DNA of 64,000 bases from Fibrobacteria bacterium (GCA_037447435.1 JBBIGR010000027.1:1-64000); one strand, 5' to 3'; numbered from the stretch's first letter, positions 38,041 to 49,278 are shown. Numbers and translations are program-made. Notes: generated by a model not told the origin, from the sequence alone.

Positions 38041-39474
38041 TCAATTGATTGACGGAAAAAACACGAATTTCTTTTCATGCGGTTTCACGTCGACAACGTC
38101 CCAGGATTTTGTCGAAACGATTCCCCCGGTATTTGTTTGTGCATACGCATCAACGCGATGCGTGCCGGGCTTTACCGCAATACGGACCATCTGAAGCGTT
38201 TTCGGCGCCAGAAAACACAACCGCGTATCGGCACGCTCCAATTGGTCGGTTGCGACATCGGTACCGACGTTGACCAACAAATTTACAAGAGCGGAACTGG
38301 TTTCCATCTCCTGCTTTGCCCGTTGCGCGGCAAGCGTCCGGATAACTACCCGTACCGCGGTCCGAGCCAAGGTTATCCCTTTATTATCGTCCACATCCTG
38401 TGCCAGTAGTTTGAAATTGTCCGACAATACTATAGATTCTTCGGACTTCGCGTTATCAACAGTCAATTTGAACCGGCTTGTTTGAGAAGGATACTCCACC
38501 GGATACGGAAACGCCAATTTGACATGCAAGGTCGTACCGGCTTTTGTCTTCTCCCCTTTTTCAGCCTTCCGCTCCTCCGGTTCGGGCAACGGCGGCGCAG
38601 GAAGAACGATGGTTTCGGTTTGTCCATCGGGTTTGGTAATTGTACCGGCAAGCAATCCGCCGACGACATAGGTACCGGCAAAAGAAATTTCCGTTAGATT
38701 TGGGCCCCGTCCGGCATAACCAACGAGAATGATTTCGGCATCATCGGAATTGGCACCCCAAACCTTTTCCCGAGCCATGCTCGATGAAAGGCCGAGAGTT
38801 TTAATATCGTCGGACCTTCCCAAGTCGCTGAACACGTAAAAAGCGTTATTTTCAACTTGTGAAGGAAGCGAAACAACCCCTTTTTTAAAGGCATTGACCG
38901 ATTTGAACAATGATATCGCCGCATCATCTTTCATGCCTTGCTCTTCATAAAGAATAGACGTGCAGTACTGCACCATGCCGTCATCTTCGTACTTGGATGC
39001 GCGGCCGTCTTTTTGCTTAAAACGATCCACGATCATTTGCATTTTTCGTGATTCTACAAGCGCTTCATCGGGTTTGTTTTTACCAAGATAATCGAAAGCC
39101 ATGAGTTGATGCAGAAACACTTCTTCGTAACGCTTGCTGCGATAGGGACGCAATAAATCGTTCGTCAGAATAGAAGCGGCTTCATTGGTAATGGAATGCG
39201 CATATAAATCGTCGAGCACCCTTTCGGCGTTTTCCAAATAGTAAAGGCTCGAATCGTAGGCCGCGGCGTAATGGAACAATACTCCTTGGTCCATGAAGTA
39301 TAAAAACCTGTTGAGGTTTCCATACATTTTCGGCGACTTGCGCACGTCGGCAATAGCCTTTGCATATTCTCCTTTCGACGTCGTTTGCGACAACAGCTCG
39401 AAACGCTGTACGCTTTTTGCACAGGAGGAAAGTAAGAATACACAGACCGGTATGATTAAAATGATCTTTTTCAT
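38041..39474 (-). CDS. Lipoprotein with TPR-like helices (COG3014-like, commonly next to LpoB)
   Basis: Lipobox LLSSC; Y...YE, EALVESRK and ERADTR motifs. Confidence 0.7.
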   Translation of the reverse strand: MKKIILIIPVCVFLLSSCAKSVQRFELLSQTTSKGEYAKAIADVRKSPKMYGNLNRFLYFMDQGVLFHYAAAYDSSLYYLENAERVLDDLYAHSITNEAASILTNDLLRPYRSKRYEEVFLHQLMAFDYLGKNKPDEALVESRKMQMIVDRFKQKDGRASKYEDDGMVQYCTSILYEEQGMKDDAAISLFKSVNAFKKGVVSLPSQVENNAFYVFSDLGRSDDIKTLGLSSSMAREKVWGANSDDAEIILVGYAGRGPNLTEISFAGTYVVGGLLAGTITKPDGQTETIVLPAPPLPEPEERKAEKGEKTKAGTTLHVKLAFPYPVEYPSQTSRFKLTVDNAKSEESIVLSDNFKLLAQDVDDNKGITLARTAVRVVIRTLAAQRAKQEMETSSALVNLLVNVGTDVATDQLERADTRLCFLAPKTLQMVRIAVKPGTHRVDAYAQTNTGGIVSTKSWDVVDVKPHEKKFVFFPSIN

Positions 39475-39478
39475 AGGA

Positions 39479-40078
39479 TTACAGTTTTGTGCTGCTTCTG
39501 GTTATGTATTTCTTAATTTTCTTTGAACCGATCCAGAGCTTGACATGAGATTTCATTTCCACAAGTTGCAAGTCTGTTTGATAAAACATAACGTGTTTGT
39601 TGCCCTCCTGATCGGCAATCGTATTGATTGAACCGATGAGCATGAGGTCTGCACCGGTTTCCTGATCGGATTCTTTTTTGGTTTCAGCGGAAGCGTGCTC
39701 CGCCTGGTCCTCTTTTTCACTGCGCAATTGGCCTCGTTCGAATTTGTTCGCAACGAACTCCACTTTTCCGGAATTGATAAGTACACGCTGCATATCGTTA
39801 ATAAAGGTTTCAACATTAATATGCTCATGACTCATGTTCCGCATATCACCCACAATAATGGTGGGGATTGGGGTTTTGTTGGCATATTTGTTTGTATACC
39901 ACGGCCGTGACAAACAGTCGCCGATCATTTCTTCCGCGACAAGACGAGAATCGGTATCATTCCATTCGCCGCTCAAATCTATTGTAGAGTTTGCATCGAC
40001 CCGGGCGACCTGTTTTCCTCCGCAACTGACACAAAACACCATTAAACCGCAAAGTATGACAGACAACGCAATTCTCAT
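39479..40078 (-). CDS. lpoB: Penicillin-binding protein activator LpoB family lipoprotein
   Basis: Lipobox CVSC; DLSGEWNDTDSRLVAEEMI, N.SHEHI, ETGADLMLIGSI and FYQTDLQL motifs. Confidence 0.82.
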   Translation of the reverse strand: MRIALSVILCGLMVFCVSCGGKQVARVDANSTIDLSGEWNDTDSRLVAEEMIGDCLSRPWYTNKYANKTPIPTIIVGDMRNMSHEHINVETFINDMQRVLINSGKVEFVANKFERGQLRSEKEDQAEHASAETKKESDQETGADLMLIGSINTIADQEGNKHVMFYQTDLQLVEMKSHVKLWIGSKKIKKYITRSSTKL

Positions 40079-40210
40079 AAAAACCCCCTATACAGGATTA
40101 ATTGATTTGGTTAAAAACAATAAAACTATTTTAATATTGCGGCGCTATAGTATCCAGAATATTTTTTTTCCAGCGTATCGGGCCGATTTTCCTAAGTACT
40201 AAAGTCCTAT

Positions 40211-42274
40211 CTATTGCCCGATAACCTCTCCGGGAACTTTGGGTACCGGATTAGGTAAAATACTATCGGGTTTGGTCGCAGGAACACTCCTGCTTGCATT
40301 GGAATCCGGCGGCATGCGCATTCCACGTCTATAATATGGAGGCGGCACCGTTGTTTGACTACCCGCAATCGGCAATTGCGGAGCTGCGGGCCCCGGGGCC
40401 GGTGTACCGGGTTTTGTCGCCGCTTTCACCGCCGAAGCGGTATCGAGATCCGGGAGCACCGATTGCTGCTTGCTTTTTATAGAATCCGCAACCGTACCGG
40501 CCTCAATCTTGGTGGTTTTATTTCCATGCGAGGCATCGGATTTGGGCGGAAGTTTTTTAAGCGCTCGCCAAGCTGCAAAAGTGTCGGCAACGGTTTTTAG
40601 CCGCACGCGGGCTTCCGCACAATAAGACGACGTTGGAAAGGAATCGCAGAGCTGTTCGTAAATATTTTTTGCGGTTTTATTTTTATCAAGGACAAAATCA
40701 TTTATCCAAGCCGCTGCATATAAACTTTTTGGGGCAAATTCCGTTTTTGGGAATTGAGTTGCAACACCTAAATAAGCTTCTGCAGCAGAATCAGGTAATT
40801 TGGCGTCCCAATATAATTTTTCCGCAGTATGAAAGGCTTCCTGCGCAGAATCTCTGTTTGTCATGACCAACAACGTATCCCCTTTTGCCAATTGAGCTTT
40901 TCGTGAGAACTCATTGGTCGGGTAATGCTTCACAAGAAGGGAATACAGGCTATCGGCCTTCAGAGAATCGGAAAGCGCGTATCGTGCAATCCAGGCTGCG
41001 GCGTACAATGCCTTTGGGATCATTGCTTTATGCATAGTATCGCCAATCGCCCTACAGTAATAACGAAACGCGGAATCCGGTTGATCGAGGTCGAGCCAGA
41101 ACAATTCTCCGACTTTATATTTTGTCGTTGTTATGGAATCGCCTTTTGCAGTATCGGGAACCGAGGCTCCGTGCGATTTTAAAATAAAATCGATGGCTTT
41201 ACTGCGGAGCAAAGCAAGGTCTTTTATCGCAGGATCCTTTGCCAAGGAACCGGCTTTATCGTAACACTCCTTTGCTTTGACTAAATCGTTTTTCTTGACC
41301 TGATATAACCGTCCTTGCCCAAACCAGGCGTTGCCGACGAAATCGCTTGTTGCATAGATATCGATGATTTGTTTGTAAATAGCCATGGCACCGTCGACAT
41401 CGCCTTTTTTTTCTATTATTTCTCCTTTTATCATCAGCATTTGCGGAATATGAGAAACATATATTTTCGATGAAAGCATCTTGACAAGGATATCGAGGCT
41501 CCGGTCTAAGTTTCCCTTTGCAACAAAACATGAAACTTTTAAAAAATCGATACGATACATTTGTTGCGGGTATTCGTAGGAGCGAGGTGCCCCGTCAAGT
41601 TTAATAATCGCTTTATCGTACAATTTCATATCTTTGTAAATTTGGGCTATTTTAACGATCAATTCAAGTTTTTTGTCAACTGATTTGAGCGATGAATAGG
41701 TTTTCTCAAGAATATCGATTGCGGCCGATTTTCCTTCTCTCTTTATAGCAATATCCGCCAGAAGCAAATCGAGTTCCTGGTTTTTATTGAGCGCGGGATA
41801 TTTCACCATTGCGCTTGAAAGAATTTCTTCCGCTTTATCCAGATCTTCCTTCTTGAGATACGACTTCCCTATAAAGGACATCGCTTCAGCGCATAAGGGG
41901 CTTTCAGGGTAACGCTGGAGTACCTGTTGAAGCACATGGATAGCCTTATCATAATCGCCGTCATAACAATACGCTTTTCCCATGAGAAAAAATGTCTTGA
42001 CATGCCACTTTTTATCTTTCGGATACACTTCAAAAACCTTATTACATTTCTCGATTGTTTTTTTATATCCGTTATCGATATCCGCAGGCAGGATAATGGC
42101 GGAGTCAGGATTGGCTTTAAGCAATTTTTGATGTGCGGCATATGCGGTATTAAAATTGCTTTCAGCATTATAAAACAGGTTGAAATAAACGCAACCGCTG
42201 CCGCAAAACAATACTGAGCCCATTGCGCAAAGCGTTGCTATAAATAATATTCGGTTGTTTTTAATTTTCATCAT
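40211..42274 (-). CDS. TPR-repeat lipoprotein, SprE/PorW-like
   Basis: GCVYFNLFYNA N-terminal motif, many TPRs (YPES, QPDSA, PKALYAAAWI) and a Pro-rich tail. Confidence 0.7.
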   Translation of the reverse strand: MMKIKNNRILFIATLCAMGSVLFCGSGCVYFNLFYNAESNFNTAYAAHQKLLKANPDSAIILPADIDNGYKKTIEKCNKVFEVYPKDKKWHVKTFFLMGKAYCYDGDYDKAIHVLQQVLQRYPESPLCAEAMSFIGKSYLKKEDLDKAEEILSSAMVKYPALNKNQELDLLLADIAIKREGKSAAIDILEKTYSSLKSVDKKLELIVKIAQIYKDMKLYDKAIIKLDGAPRSYEYPQQMYRIDFLKVSCFVAKGNLDRSLDILVKMLSSKIYVSHIPQMLMIKGEIIEKKGDVDGAMAIYKQIIDIYATSDFVGNAWFGQGRLYQVKKNDLVKAKECYDKAGSLAKDPAIKDLALLRSKAIDFILKSHGASVPDTAKGDSITTTKYKVGELFWLDLDQPDSAFRYYCRAIGDTMHKAMIPKALYAAAWIARYALSDSLKADSLYSLLVKHYPTNEFSRKAQLAKGDTLLVMTNRDSAQEAFHTAEKLYWDAKLPDSAAEAYLGVATQFPKTEFAPKSLYAAAWINDFVLDKNKTAKNIYEQLCDSFPTSSYCAEARVRLKTVADTFAAWRALKKLPPKSDASHGNKTTKIEAGTVADSIKSKQQSVLPDLDTASAVKAATKPGTPAPGPAAPQLPIAGSQTTVPPPYYRRGMRMPPDSNASRSVPATKPDSILPNPVPKVPGEVIGQ

Positions 42275-42448
42275 GAATGAATGGCGGACACCTTTTTTAA
42301 AAATATATATCAGCTTCAAGACTACGTACAGAATCAAAAAAGATTGTTTGCACATATCCCGGCAATTTTCCTATGCAATTTTGTTTCAGCAGCGTGTATT
42401 TTCTAATGGCGTTTTAAAGAGGGCCGATCAAATTTTCAGAAGAATCAT

Positions 42449-44407
42449 ATGCGACCGATAAGAATTTTATGTGCAGCATGCTTGTTTTCTTGTTTCCAGG
42501 CAAATGCGATTGAAAATTTTCAACAATCGACATCGTCAAAGGATTCAATACAAAAAATCGTTCCCACGATTAAAGACACGATTGCTCGAAAAAACAATAT
42601 AAGGGACTCATTGGAACGGGTACAATCGAAACGACTTGCCGAATATACGGCATTTCCAATAGCAACGGATTCCCTTTTTGACCCCTATACGTTACATTCA
42701 TTCCGGGTAAGAAAACAGGCATTTGCAGGAATTTCGGAGGTTTTAAAAAGTTCGCCATTTTCTTTATATGTTCCGCTGGCATTATCGAGCAGCCAAAACA
42801 GGTTTTTATTGTTCGGCTTTCCAGGACTTGCCAATGGTGTAGGAATTAACGGTAACCCGTTTACGGAACAAGCCAATTCGATTCATGGATCCGACGACAT
42901 TTATTCCACCGAAGCAACCGATATATCCGTTGTTCCCGGTAGCGGAGTTATAACCAATGGTAAGGTTTTTGAAGAAATTGCTCCGCATACGGACATACTT
43001 TGGGAAAACGGCGTATTTTTGGAAAATCTCCTTGGCGTCAGATTTGTTCGACCGCTGTCAAAAACAATTGACATCGGTTTATATTCCAACTTTCGCAATC
43101 TTGCCCCGTACACCTACACTACGGCAGGTGATATTCAAACTTTTTACGACTATTTTTTTACAGACACAACCCTTGTGGCTAATGGCGGAAGAAACCCTCT
43201 TGCAAATGAAAACAGGATGACGCTTTCCCTTATTTCCCATTCGCCTTATTTACAGAATGCAAATTTTTCATATTCCTACACTGATTCAAGAACCGATATC
43301 GCAACCGAATTATTCGATTCGACGGGTCGCGATTATACTCTTGGTTGGAAAACCATTTCCCGATATGCCAATATTGCGAGACTGTTACTGCATGGAATTC
43401 CTATTTCCGGTTTGTTCTGCGATATCGACGGATGGGCAAATATCGAAACTCATAAGATGCTTTCGCCGACCATGGGATCCCCGCTTTTAGTGGAAACGGG
43501 CGGTACTCACAACGAAGGGCGTCTTGGCATTCAACCGTATCTGGCATTGGGCAACGACACCATCGCAGTACCCTTTAAATTGGACTACCTCAATCAACGG
43601 CAATATGATCGTTCCACTATTCATGCCGCAATTACCGATATTCGTTTGCAGTACCGGGCAGCCTTTGCCTTGGGAAATTCACAAACGCTTTTGTCCGTTG
43701 ACATTGGTGACGGCGCCATCGAATCGTCGCCGTACCCGTTAATTCACGACATCGTTTTTTCGGCAAAAGGGGAATTCATTCAAAATGCGCACCGCATCCA
43801 TGTCTTCGCACAAAGAAACCATACCCCGTTTTTATTACCCTACGATACCCTTCTTGCCTCGCAAACATCTTATTTCGATTTATACGATTCATATGGTGCC
43901 GATGCCTATGCATCCTTAGGCAAAATCGGTTGTGCGGTCGGGATTTTCGGAGTTTCGGGAATAAGCGATATATCGCAAAAAGCATTATGGCCGGAAAGCA
44001 GACTTCCTTTCGAGCAAAGTAATTATTCGCTCATGATTGCACCCGACATCGGGAAGGTTCTCGATTTTACCCTGAATTCCCGTTGGATGATATCGGATAA
44101 AAAACCCTATTTCAAATCCCAATCGGCACTATCGTATCAAGCGAATCCGATTTTCGGCAGCGAAATCATAACCGCCGATTTGCTTTTTGATTATTGGAGT
44201 GCACGTGATACGGTTACCTATGCCGGAAATTCTGAATGGAACAGGGAAATTTTCAACCTATCGCTCGTGACGACCGTGCAAATTCACGGCTTCAGTCTAT
44301 TTTACAAGATAGATAATATTCTCAACAGAAAACTCGCTTATATTCCGGGCTATTTCATGCCGGGAATTACGTTTCGTTGGGGATTCCAATGGCTTCTTGG
44401 CGGTTAG
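42449..44407 (+). CDS. Putative outer-membrane beta-barrel (porin/TonB-receptor-like) protein
   Basis: Signal peptide, amphipathic beta-strands and C-terminal IDNILN..YIPGYFMPGITFRWGFQW. Confidence 0.7.
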   Translation: MRPIRILCAACLFSCFQANAIENFQQSTSSKDSIQKIVPTIKDTIARKNNIRDSLERVQSKRLAEYTAFPIATDSLFDPYTLHSFRVRKQAFAGISEVLKSSPFSLYVPLALSSSQNRFLLFGFPGLANGVGINGNPFTEQANSIHGSDDIYSTEATDISVVPGSGVITNGKVFEEIAPHTDILWENGVFLENLLGVRFVRPLSKTIDIGLYSNFRNLAPYTYTTAGDIQTFYDYFFTDTTLVANGGRNPLANENRMTLSLISHSPYLQNANFSYSYTDSRTDIATELFDSTGRDYTLGWKTISRYANIARLLLHGIPISGLFCDIDGWANIETHKMLSPTMGSPLLVETGGTHNEGRLGIQPYLALGNDTIAVPFKLDYLNQRQYDRSTIHAAITDIRLQYRAAFALGNSQTLLSVDIGDGAIESSPYPLIHDIVFSAKGEFIQNAHRIHVFAQRNHTPFLLPYDTLLASQTSYFDLYDSYGADAYASLGKIGCAVGIFGVSGISDISQKALWPESRLPFEQSNYSLMIAPDIGKVLDFTLNSRWMISDKKPYFKSQSALSYQANPIFGSEIITADLLFDYWSARDTVTYAGNSEWNREIFNLSLVTTVQIHGFSLFYKIDNILNRKLAYIPGYFMPGITFRWGFQWLLGG

Positions 44408-44432
44408 TAAAGAGGAAAAAACGGAATAAATT

Positions 44433-46235
44433 CTACAACACTACAAAAAACTTTTCTTTATACGTTTTCCCCGCATATTTAATAGTGAAAAAATAAACGC
44501 CGGGTGCGATATGAGAACCCGGCGCAGGCCATTTTAGCGCCACCGGTTGATTTTCTGCAAGATATTGGGATACCGACCAAATAAGAGCGCCATCGATCGA
44601 GTAAATTACCGCGCTAAACAGTTGTGAATATTGACGCGGATTGTCGGGAGAGGATGTAAACTCGATCGTTAGTTGCGAATCATGATTTTTTATATGCAAA
44701 ATGTTTGGAAAAAGGACAAATTGCGATGCCGGTAGATTTCCCGGTAAGCAAGCGATTCGTGCGTCGGGTATTCCCCTGCCGTAGGAATTGTTTTGCTTCG
44801 TTTGCCCCGGAATAAAAGTGCATGCTGAATATAGCGACGATCGGATGAGTGCGCCGGAATAAAGAGGATGGGTTTGCGCTATTAATGCGCACACTCCTGC
44901 AACCAAAGGCGTTGAAAAAGAGGTTCCGCTACCCAGCGTGTAGGAATTCTGATCGGTCCCGCCGTACACAAGCGGAACAGCAACGTCTACTCCCATTGCA
45001 ACGCAGTCGGGCTTAATTCGTTCGTCGGAGGTTGGCCCCCGGCTCGAAAAAAAAGCGATTGAATCCAATACGTCAATAGCACCAACCGACACGACATCCG
45101 CAACATCCGCGGGTGCGCTCAGAGAACCTGCCGCAGGGCCGTCGTTTCCCATTGCATTGACAATAACGACACCTAATCGGGCAGCCACTGCCGCTGCTTT
45201 GGAAATAATCGTCGTGACGCCGTTCATGTCCCGATACGTATAATCCGTGTCTGGCGGCGTAAAGCCGTCCCGATACCCGAGCGAACTGCTGACGATGTCG
45301 ACACCGAGGCTTTCCGCCCACACAACGGCGCTTGCCCAATTATCCTCTTCCTGATGAAGTTCGATTTCTCCGGTAGGAATGGCTTTGGTATTTTCGGTAC
45401 GTGCAAGAATGAAAGAGGCATCCCACGCAACACCAATAAAACGGGTTGGATCATAGCCCGCAATCAACGAAAGAGTTTTTGTTCCGTGATCATCGTTTTG
45501 ATAATATTCAGACGATGGATTATTGGCAACAGAGTCAGGATCGCTTACCGTCGAGTCGTTATCGATGAAATCATATTGCGCTATCAATTTTCGCTCGGAA
45601 TTGAATCGTTGTAAACAACCCTGGTTGAACCTAAATCCGGAATCAAAAATACCGATTAATACTCCGGCCCCGGGATTTGTTGTTTTGGTTTTTGACAGAT
45701 ATGCCTGAACACCGGGTATCCCCATCATCGATAATTGCTGGAAGCTGCCCCCGTAAAAAGAGGTATCTCCAACAGCGCCCTGTTTTTTCAAAGTCCTGTT
45801 TTTGACCGCGGGTCCATGATTCGCTGCCGATCGCACAAACAGCACGTCTTTAACAAAAGAGCATCCGGCGACTAAGGGTAATTGTCTGGACGGGAAATTA
45901 AAACTAACGGCATTTGCCCATTTAAAGACGTGTCTCTTTTTGCCTCCGAGCGCAGTAATGCTATCGATATATTGCGTTGCAACAGATTGATCAAAATCCA
46001 TTTGGCCGGTCATTCCAGCCCGTTTTCTACGGTCTATGGAACGCGGGGATGGAATCCATGCGGGAGACATTTTATTTTTATCGGTAAATATAATCCAAAC
46101 TGGGCATAGACTATCCTTCGCAGTTAATTTAGTCAAAGACGGACGTAATTGGATTGCCGCTGTTGACGGAATACTACATAGCAGTAAAAATGTAAGGAAA
46201 CACATCCTTTTTTTTACATGCATAGCTATTTGCAT
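44433..46235 (-). CDS. S8 (subtilisin-like) serine peptidase with C-terminal sorting-like domain
   Basis: Catalytic motifs IFDSGF, DHGTKT and SGTSFSTPLVAG; C-terminal IYSIDG...APGVYFF. Confidence 0.92.
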   Translation of the reverse strand: MQIAMHVKKRMCFLTFLLLCSIPSTAAIQLRPSLTKLTAKDSLCPVWIIFTDKNKMSPAWIPSPRSIDRRKRAGMTGQMDFDQSVATQYIDSITALGGKKRHVFKWANAVSFNFPSRQLPLVAGCSFVKDVLFVRSAANHGPAVKNRTLKKQGAVGDTSFYGGSFQQLSMMGIPGVQAYLSKTKTTNPGAGVLIGIFDSGFRFNQGCLQRFNSERKLIAQYDFIDNDSTVSDPDSVANNPSSEYYQNDDHGTKTLSLIAGYDPTRFIGVAWDASFILARTENTKAIPTGEIELHQEEDNWASAVVWAESLGVDIVSSSLGYRDGFTPPDTDYTYRDMNGVTTIISKAAAVAARLGVVIVNAMGNDGPAAGSLSAPADVADVVSVGAIDVLDSIAFFSSRGPTSDERIKPDCVAMGVDVAVPLVYGGTDQNSYTLGSGTSFSTPLVAGVCALIAQTHPLYSGALIRSSLYSACTFIPGQTKQNNSYGRGIPDARIACLPGNLPASQFVLFPNILHIKNHDSQLTIEFTSSPDNPRQYSQLFSAVIYSIDGALIWSVSQYLAENQPVALKWPAPGSHIAPGVYFFTIKYAGKTYKEKFFVVL

Positions 46236-46267
46236 GGAATTAATCCAATTTGCAGACGTGATTACAA

Positions 46268-48166
46268 CTAATCGATACGCTTCATTTCAATTCGACGATT
46301 AAATGCTCTACCGTCATTTGTTGCATTGCTGGCAACCGGATCTTCCGGGCCGCGTCCGACTGCCGTTATTCTCGAGGGGTCGATTCCTTTTAAAATTAAA
46401 TATGCACGTACGGTTTCGGCCCTGCGAAGAGAATTTTTTTTATTATTTGCAATGCTTCCCACATTGTCGGTATACCCGGCAATTTCAACCTTGACTTCCG
46501 GATAAGCTTTCATTGATTCGTAAACATCGTCCAACATCGGGTACGAATCGGCAGTCAACTCAGAATTGTTTGGTTTGAATTCTACGGATCTGAGAATAAG
46601 GCGTCCTCGTTTGATTTCTTTGGCCTTTCCCTGACTCGTTTTTGGGCATCCATTATTATCCGCCGGCCCGTATTCATTGGGACATTTATCCAACGTGTCC
46701 GGTATGCCATCCAAATCATTATCAAAATCAGGGCAACCGTCGGCATCTTCAAACCCGTCTTTATCTTCGGGCAAATTCGGACATTTATCTATACCGGCAC
46801 AAATAGTAGCATATTTATTTTGCATCCCTTTTTCCGATATCCACGGATCACAAATACCATCTTGGTCATTGTCAAAATCCGGACATCCGTCGGAGTCTTC
46901 AAAGCCGTCAAAATCTTCGGGTTCATTCGGACATTTATCCAAAGAATCTGCAATTCCGTCTTTATCGTTATCAATTTCGGGGCAACCATCGGCATCTTCA
47001 AAACCGTCAAAATCTTCGGGAACGTTCGGACATTTGTCTAACGAGTCGACTAATCCGTCACCGTCGGAATCTGAATGAAGGGATTTACCAACAGTATTCC
47101 CGCCGTGCCAAGAATGGTTGACAAATCCTGCCCATCCGATCGACACCCCGATTCTCCATGGCGGCTGCAATTCCGAAGAAAGTACCGCCCCATTTGCAAG
47201 GTACGATATCGGGCTATTTGCCGCAACATTAAATTCAGCATTTACATTAAGGAATAACCCGCCGGCGGGAGTCAAACAGAGCCCCGGCGAAACGGTGAGA
47301 ATATCATGCCGCAAGTTACCCTTCAAAAAATTATCGAGTCTGGTTTCGGAATTGACTTCTGAATATAGGCAAAGCCATTGAACCGGTCGATATTCAAATC
47401 CCCCGACAATTAAAGTCGCTTGATCAAATCCTCGTCCGGTCAGAAGGCGAAGTCCGAGATTCAAATGACACAGAAGAGTTGTATACTCGTTTTTTTCCCA
47501 TCCATTTATCGTAACGAGCATTTTTATATCATATTCGGCAATTCCCGAAGAAAAAAGCCCGCTTGTTGCAGGCAATTCACTCCCGTTGGATAACCGTATG
47601 GTAGAATCCCGCAATAAGTAATAGGAATGCCTAAGAAAATATCCGGCACTTTTATCTCCCGACGGCAGAATCGCTCCGAGAGAAAAAGCAAGGTCGGCTA
47701 ACCGAGGTGAATTATGCGGAGGAACTGCCAGCTTTAATCGTAATTCACAATCACCTAAGCCGGATTGTATTCCACCGAAGGTTTTCTTTACCCTCAGAGA
47801 ATCATACTCATACGTGGGAATTTTATCAAAATAAATCGGGAGCATTGCCGAAAAATCCAGCACTTTGGCCAACCCAAAACCAATGAAAGGTGCGAAGTTA
47901 TATTCTGAAGATCCCGGATTACTTAATTGTAACGAATCCAATGATGCTTGCGAACAAAACCCGTCGCCTAAGCTCATATCGCCACGCGCCCCCAAAACAA
48001 GACGGCAAAAACCAAGTGATCGAGCGGATTCCGAATGTAAAATTCCTGTTTGCCCGGAAGAATTAATGAGTGGCGCAGATTCAAATTGTGCATTCACTAA
48101 ATGAGGCAATAAAAGCGAGGAAATGAAAAACAAATATTTTCCTACCCGCCTAAAGTCAAAAGTCAT
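46268..48166 (-). CDS. OmpA family protein with N-terminal barrel and thrombospondin type 3 repeats
   Basis: DKCPN.PED.DGFED.DGCP repeats and an OmpA C-domain (EIAGYTDNVG, SLRRAETV, NRRIE). GGAGG RBS precedes ATG 48166. Confidence 0.92.
   Translation of the reverse strand: MTFDFRRVGKYLFFISSLLLPHLVNAQFESAPLINSSGQTGILHSESARSLGFCRLVLGARGDMSLGDGFCSQASLDSLQLSNPGSSEYNFAPFIGFGLAKVLDFSAMLPIYFDKIPTYEYDSLRVKKTFGGIQSGLGDCELRLKLAVPPHNSPRLADLAFSLGAILPSGDKSAGYFLRHSYYLLRDSTIRLSNGSELPATSGLFSSGIAEYDIKMLVTINGWEKNEYTTLLCHLNLGLRLLTGRGFDQATLIVGGFEYRPVQWLCLYSEVNSETRLDNFLKGNLRHDILTVSPGLCLTPAGGLFLNVNAEFNVAANSPISYLANGAVLSSELQPPWRIGVSIGWAGFVNHSWHGGNTVGKSLHSDSDGDGLVDSLDKCPNVPEDFDGFEDADGCPEIDNDKDGIADSLDKCPNEPEDFDGFEDSDGCPDFDNDQDGICDPWISEKGMQNKYATICAGIDKCPNLPEDKDGFEDADGCPDFDNDLDGIPDTLDKCPNEYGPADNNGCPKTSQGKAKEIKRGRLILRSVEFKPNNSELTADSYPMLDDVYESMKAYPEVKVEIAGYTDNVGSIANNKKNSLRRAETVRAYLILKGIDPSRITAVGRGPEDPVASNATNDGRAFNRRIEMKRID
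46660..47070 (-). repeat. Asp-rich TSP3 Ca-binding tandem repeats within the OmpA gene
   Basis: Three to four copies of D.D.DG..D..DKCPN.PED.DGFED.DGCP. Confidence 0.85.
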
Positions 48167-48369
48167 TATCCATCCTCCCCATTCCCAAGCTGCCTTATAT
48201 TTCATTCTTAAACAAGAAATATTCAAAAAAAATAGTTTTAGCGTTGCAACATTAATAGCATAATTATAAGGAAACAATAATTTAAAAATTTCAATATTTA
48301 AGAGTACAATTCAAAAAAAACGTGTAAATCAATTTCCGTAAACATACAATTGAATATAAGGAATTGTGC

Positions 48370-49248
48370 ATGAGCCAAATTAAGCAAATCAAAAATAAAA
48401 TTGAACACATCACAAATTTGCCGACATTGCCCGGCATAGTAACGCGTGTCATGAGAATCGTTAGCGATCCATCGAGCTCATCCGGCGATGTCGCATTTGT
48501 GGTCGGACAAGACCTTGCTCTCTCTGCAAAAATCCTCCGCCTTGCCAATAGCGCTTTTTACGGAGTTCCCCATACGATTACGAGCATTCATAATGCGGTG
48601 GTTATTTTGGGTCTTAAAGTAATTAACACGATAGTGTTAAGCCTTACGGTGTTCGACCTATTTCCCGATGAAAAAAAATCTCCATTATTCGACAGAACTG
48701 CTTTTTGGCGTCATTCAACAAGCTGCGGACTCATATCCAGATTTCTATGCGAACGTCTCAAGACATTCGTCCTCTTTGATGCGGAGGAGGCATTTTGTGC
48801 CGGACTTTTGCATGATATCGGCAAAGTAGTCATGGAACAATACCTGCATGATGATTTCCATAAAGCACTTAAGCATGCAAAGCATAAACGGCTTTCTCTT
48901 TACGAAGCGGAAAAGGAAGCCCTCGGCTACACACATACCGATGTTGCGCAATGGCTCACTTCTTCATGGCAGCTGCCGCCGGTTTTGCAGGCACCGCTCA
49001 TGTTTCATCATGATCCCCAGGCAACTACCGACCAAGCAGATATCGTCGCGCTTTGTCATTATGCGGACTACCTGTGCTACGAGCTAAAGCTTACCATAGA
49101 CGAAACGTATGCCCCGCCGCTCCTTGCCGAATCGGTAATTGAAAAATTGGAAATATCGCAAAGCGATATAGAAGCGCTCAAATTAAGCCTTGCTGACGAA
49201 CTTGAAAAAGTAAATGCCTTTTGCGATATAGCCGCTGGCGCGGCATAA
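48370..49248 (+). CDS. Stand-alone HDOD domain protein
   Basis: LPTLP, QDLALSAKILRLANSAFYG, FWRHS, AGLLHDIGK and WQLP..L.....HH motifs. Confidence 0.92.
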   Translation: MSQIKQIKNKIEHITNLPTLPGIVTRVMRIVSDPSSSSGDVAFVVGQDLALSAKILRLANSAFYGVPHTITSIHNAVVILGLKVINTIVLSLTVFDLFPDEKKSPLFDRTAFWRHSTSCGLISRFLCERLKTFVLFDAEEAFCAGLLHDIGKVVMEQYLHDDFHKALKHAKHKRLSLYEAEKEALGYTHTDVAQWLTSSWQLPPVLQAPLMFHHDPQATTDQADIVALCHYADYLCYELKLTIDETYAPPLLAESVIEKLEISQSDIEALKLSLADELEKVNAFCDIAAGAA

Positions 49249-49278
49249 AAAAAAAGCGTTTGTAAAAACGCTTTTTTA
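49247..49278. terminator. Bidirectional terminator between HDOD and the carboxylase cluster
   Basis: AAAAAAGCGTTT-gtaa-AAACGCTTTTTT stem with A/T tracts on both sides. Confidence 0.75.
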
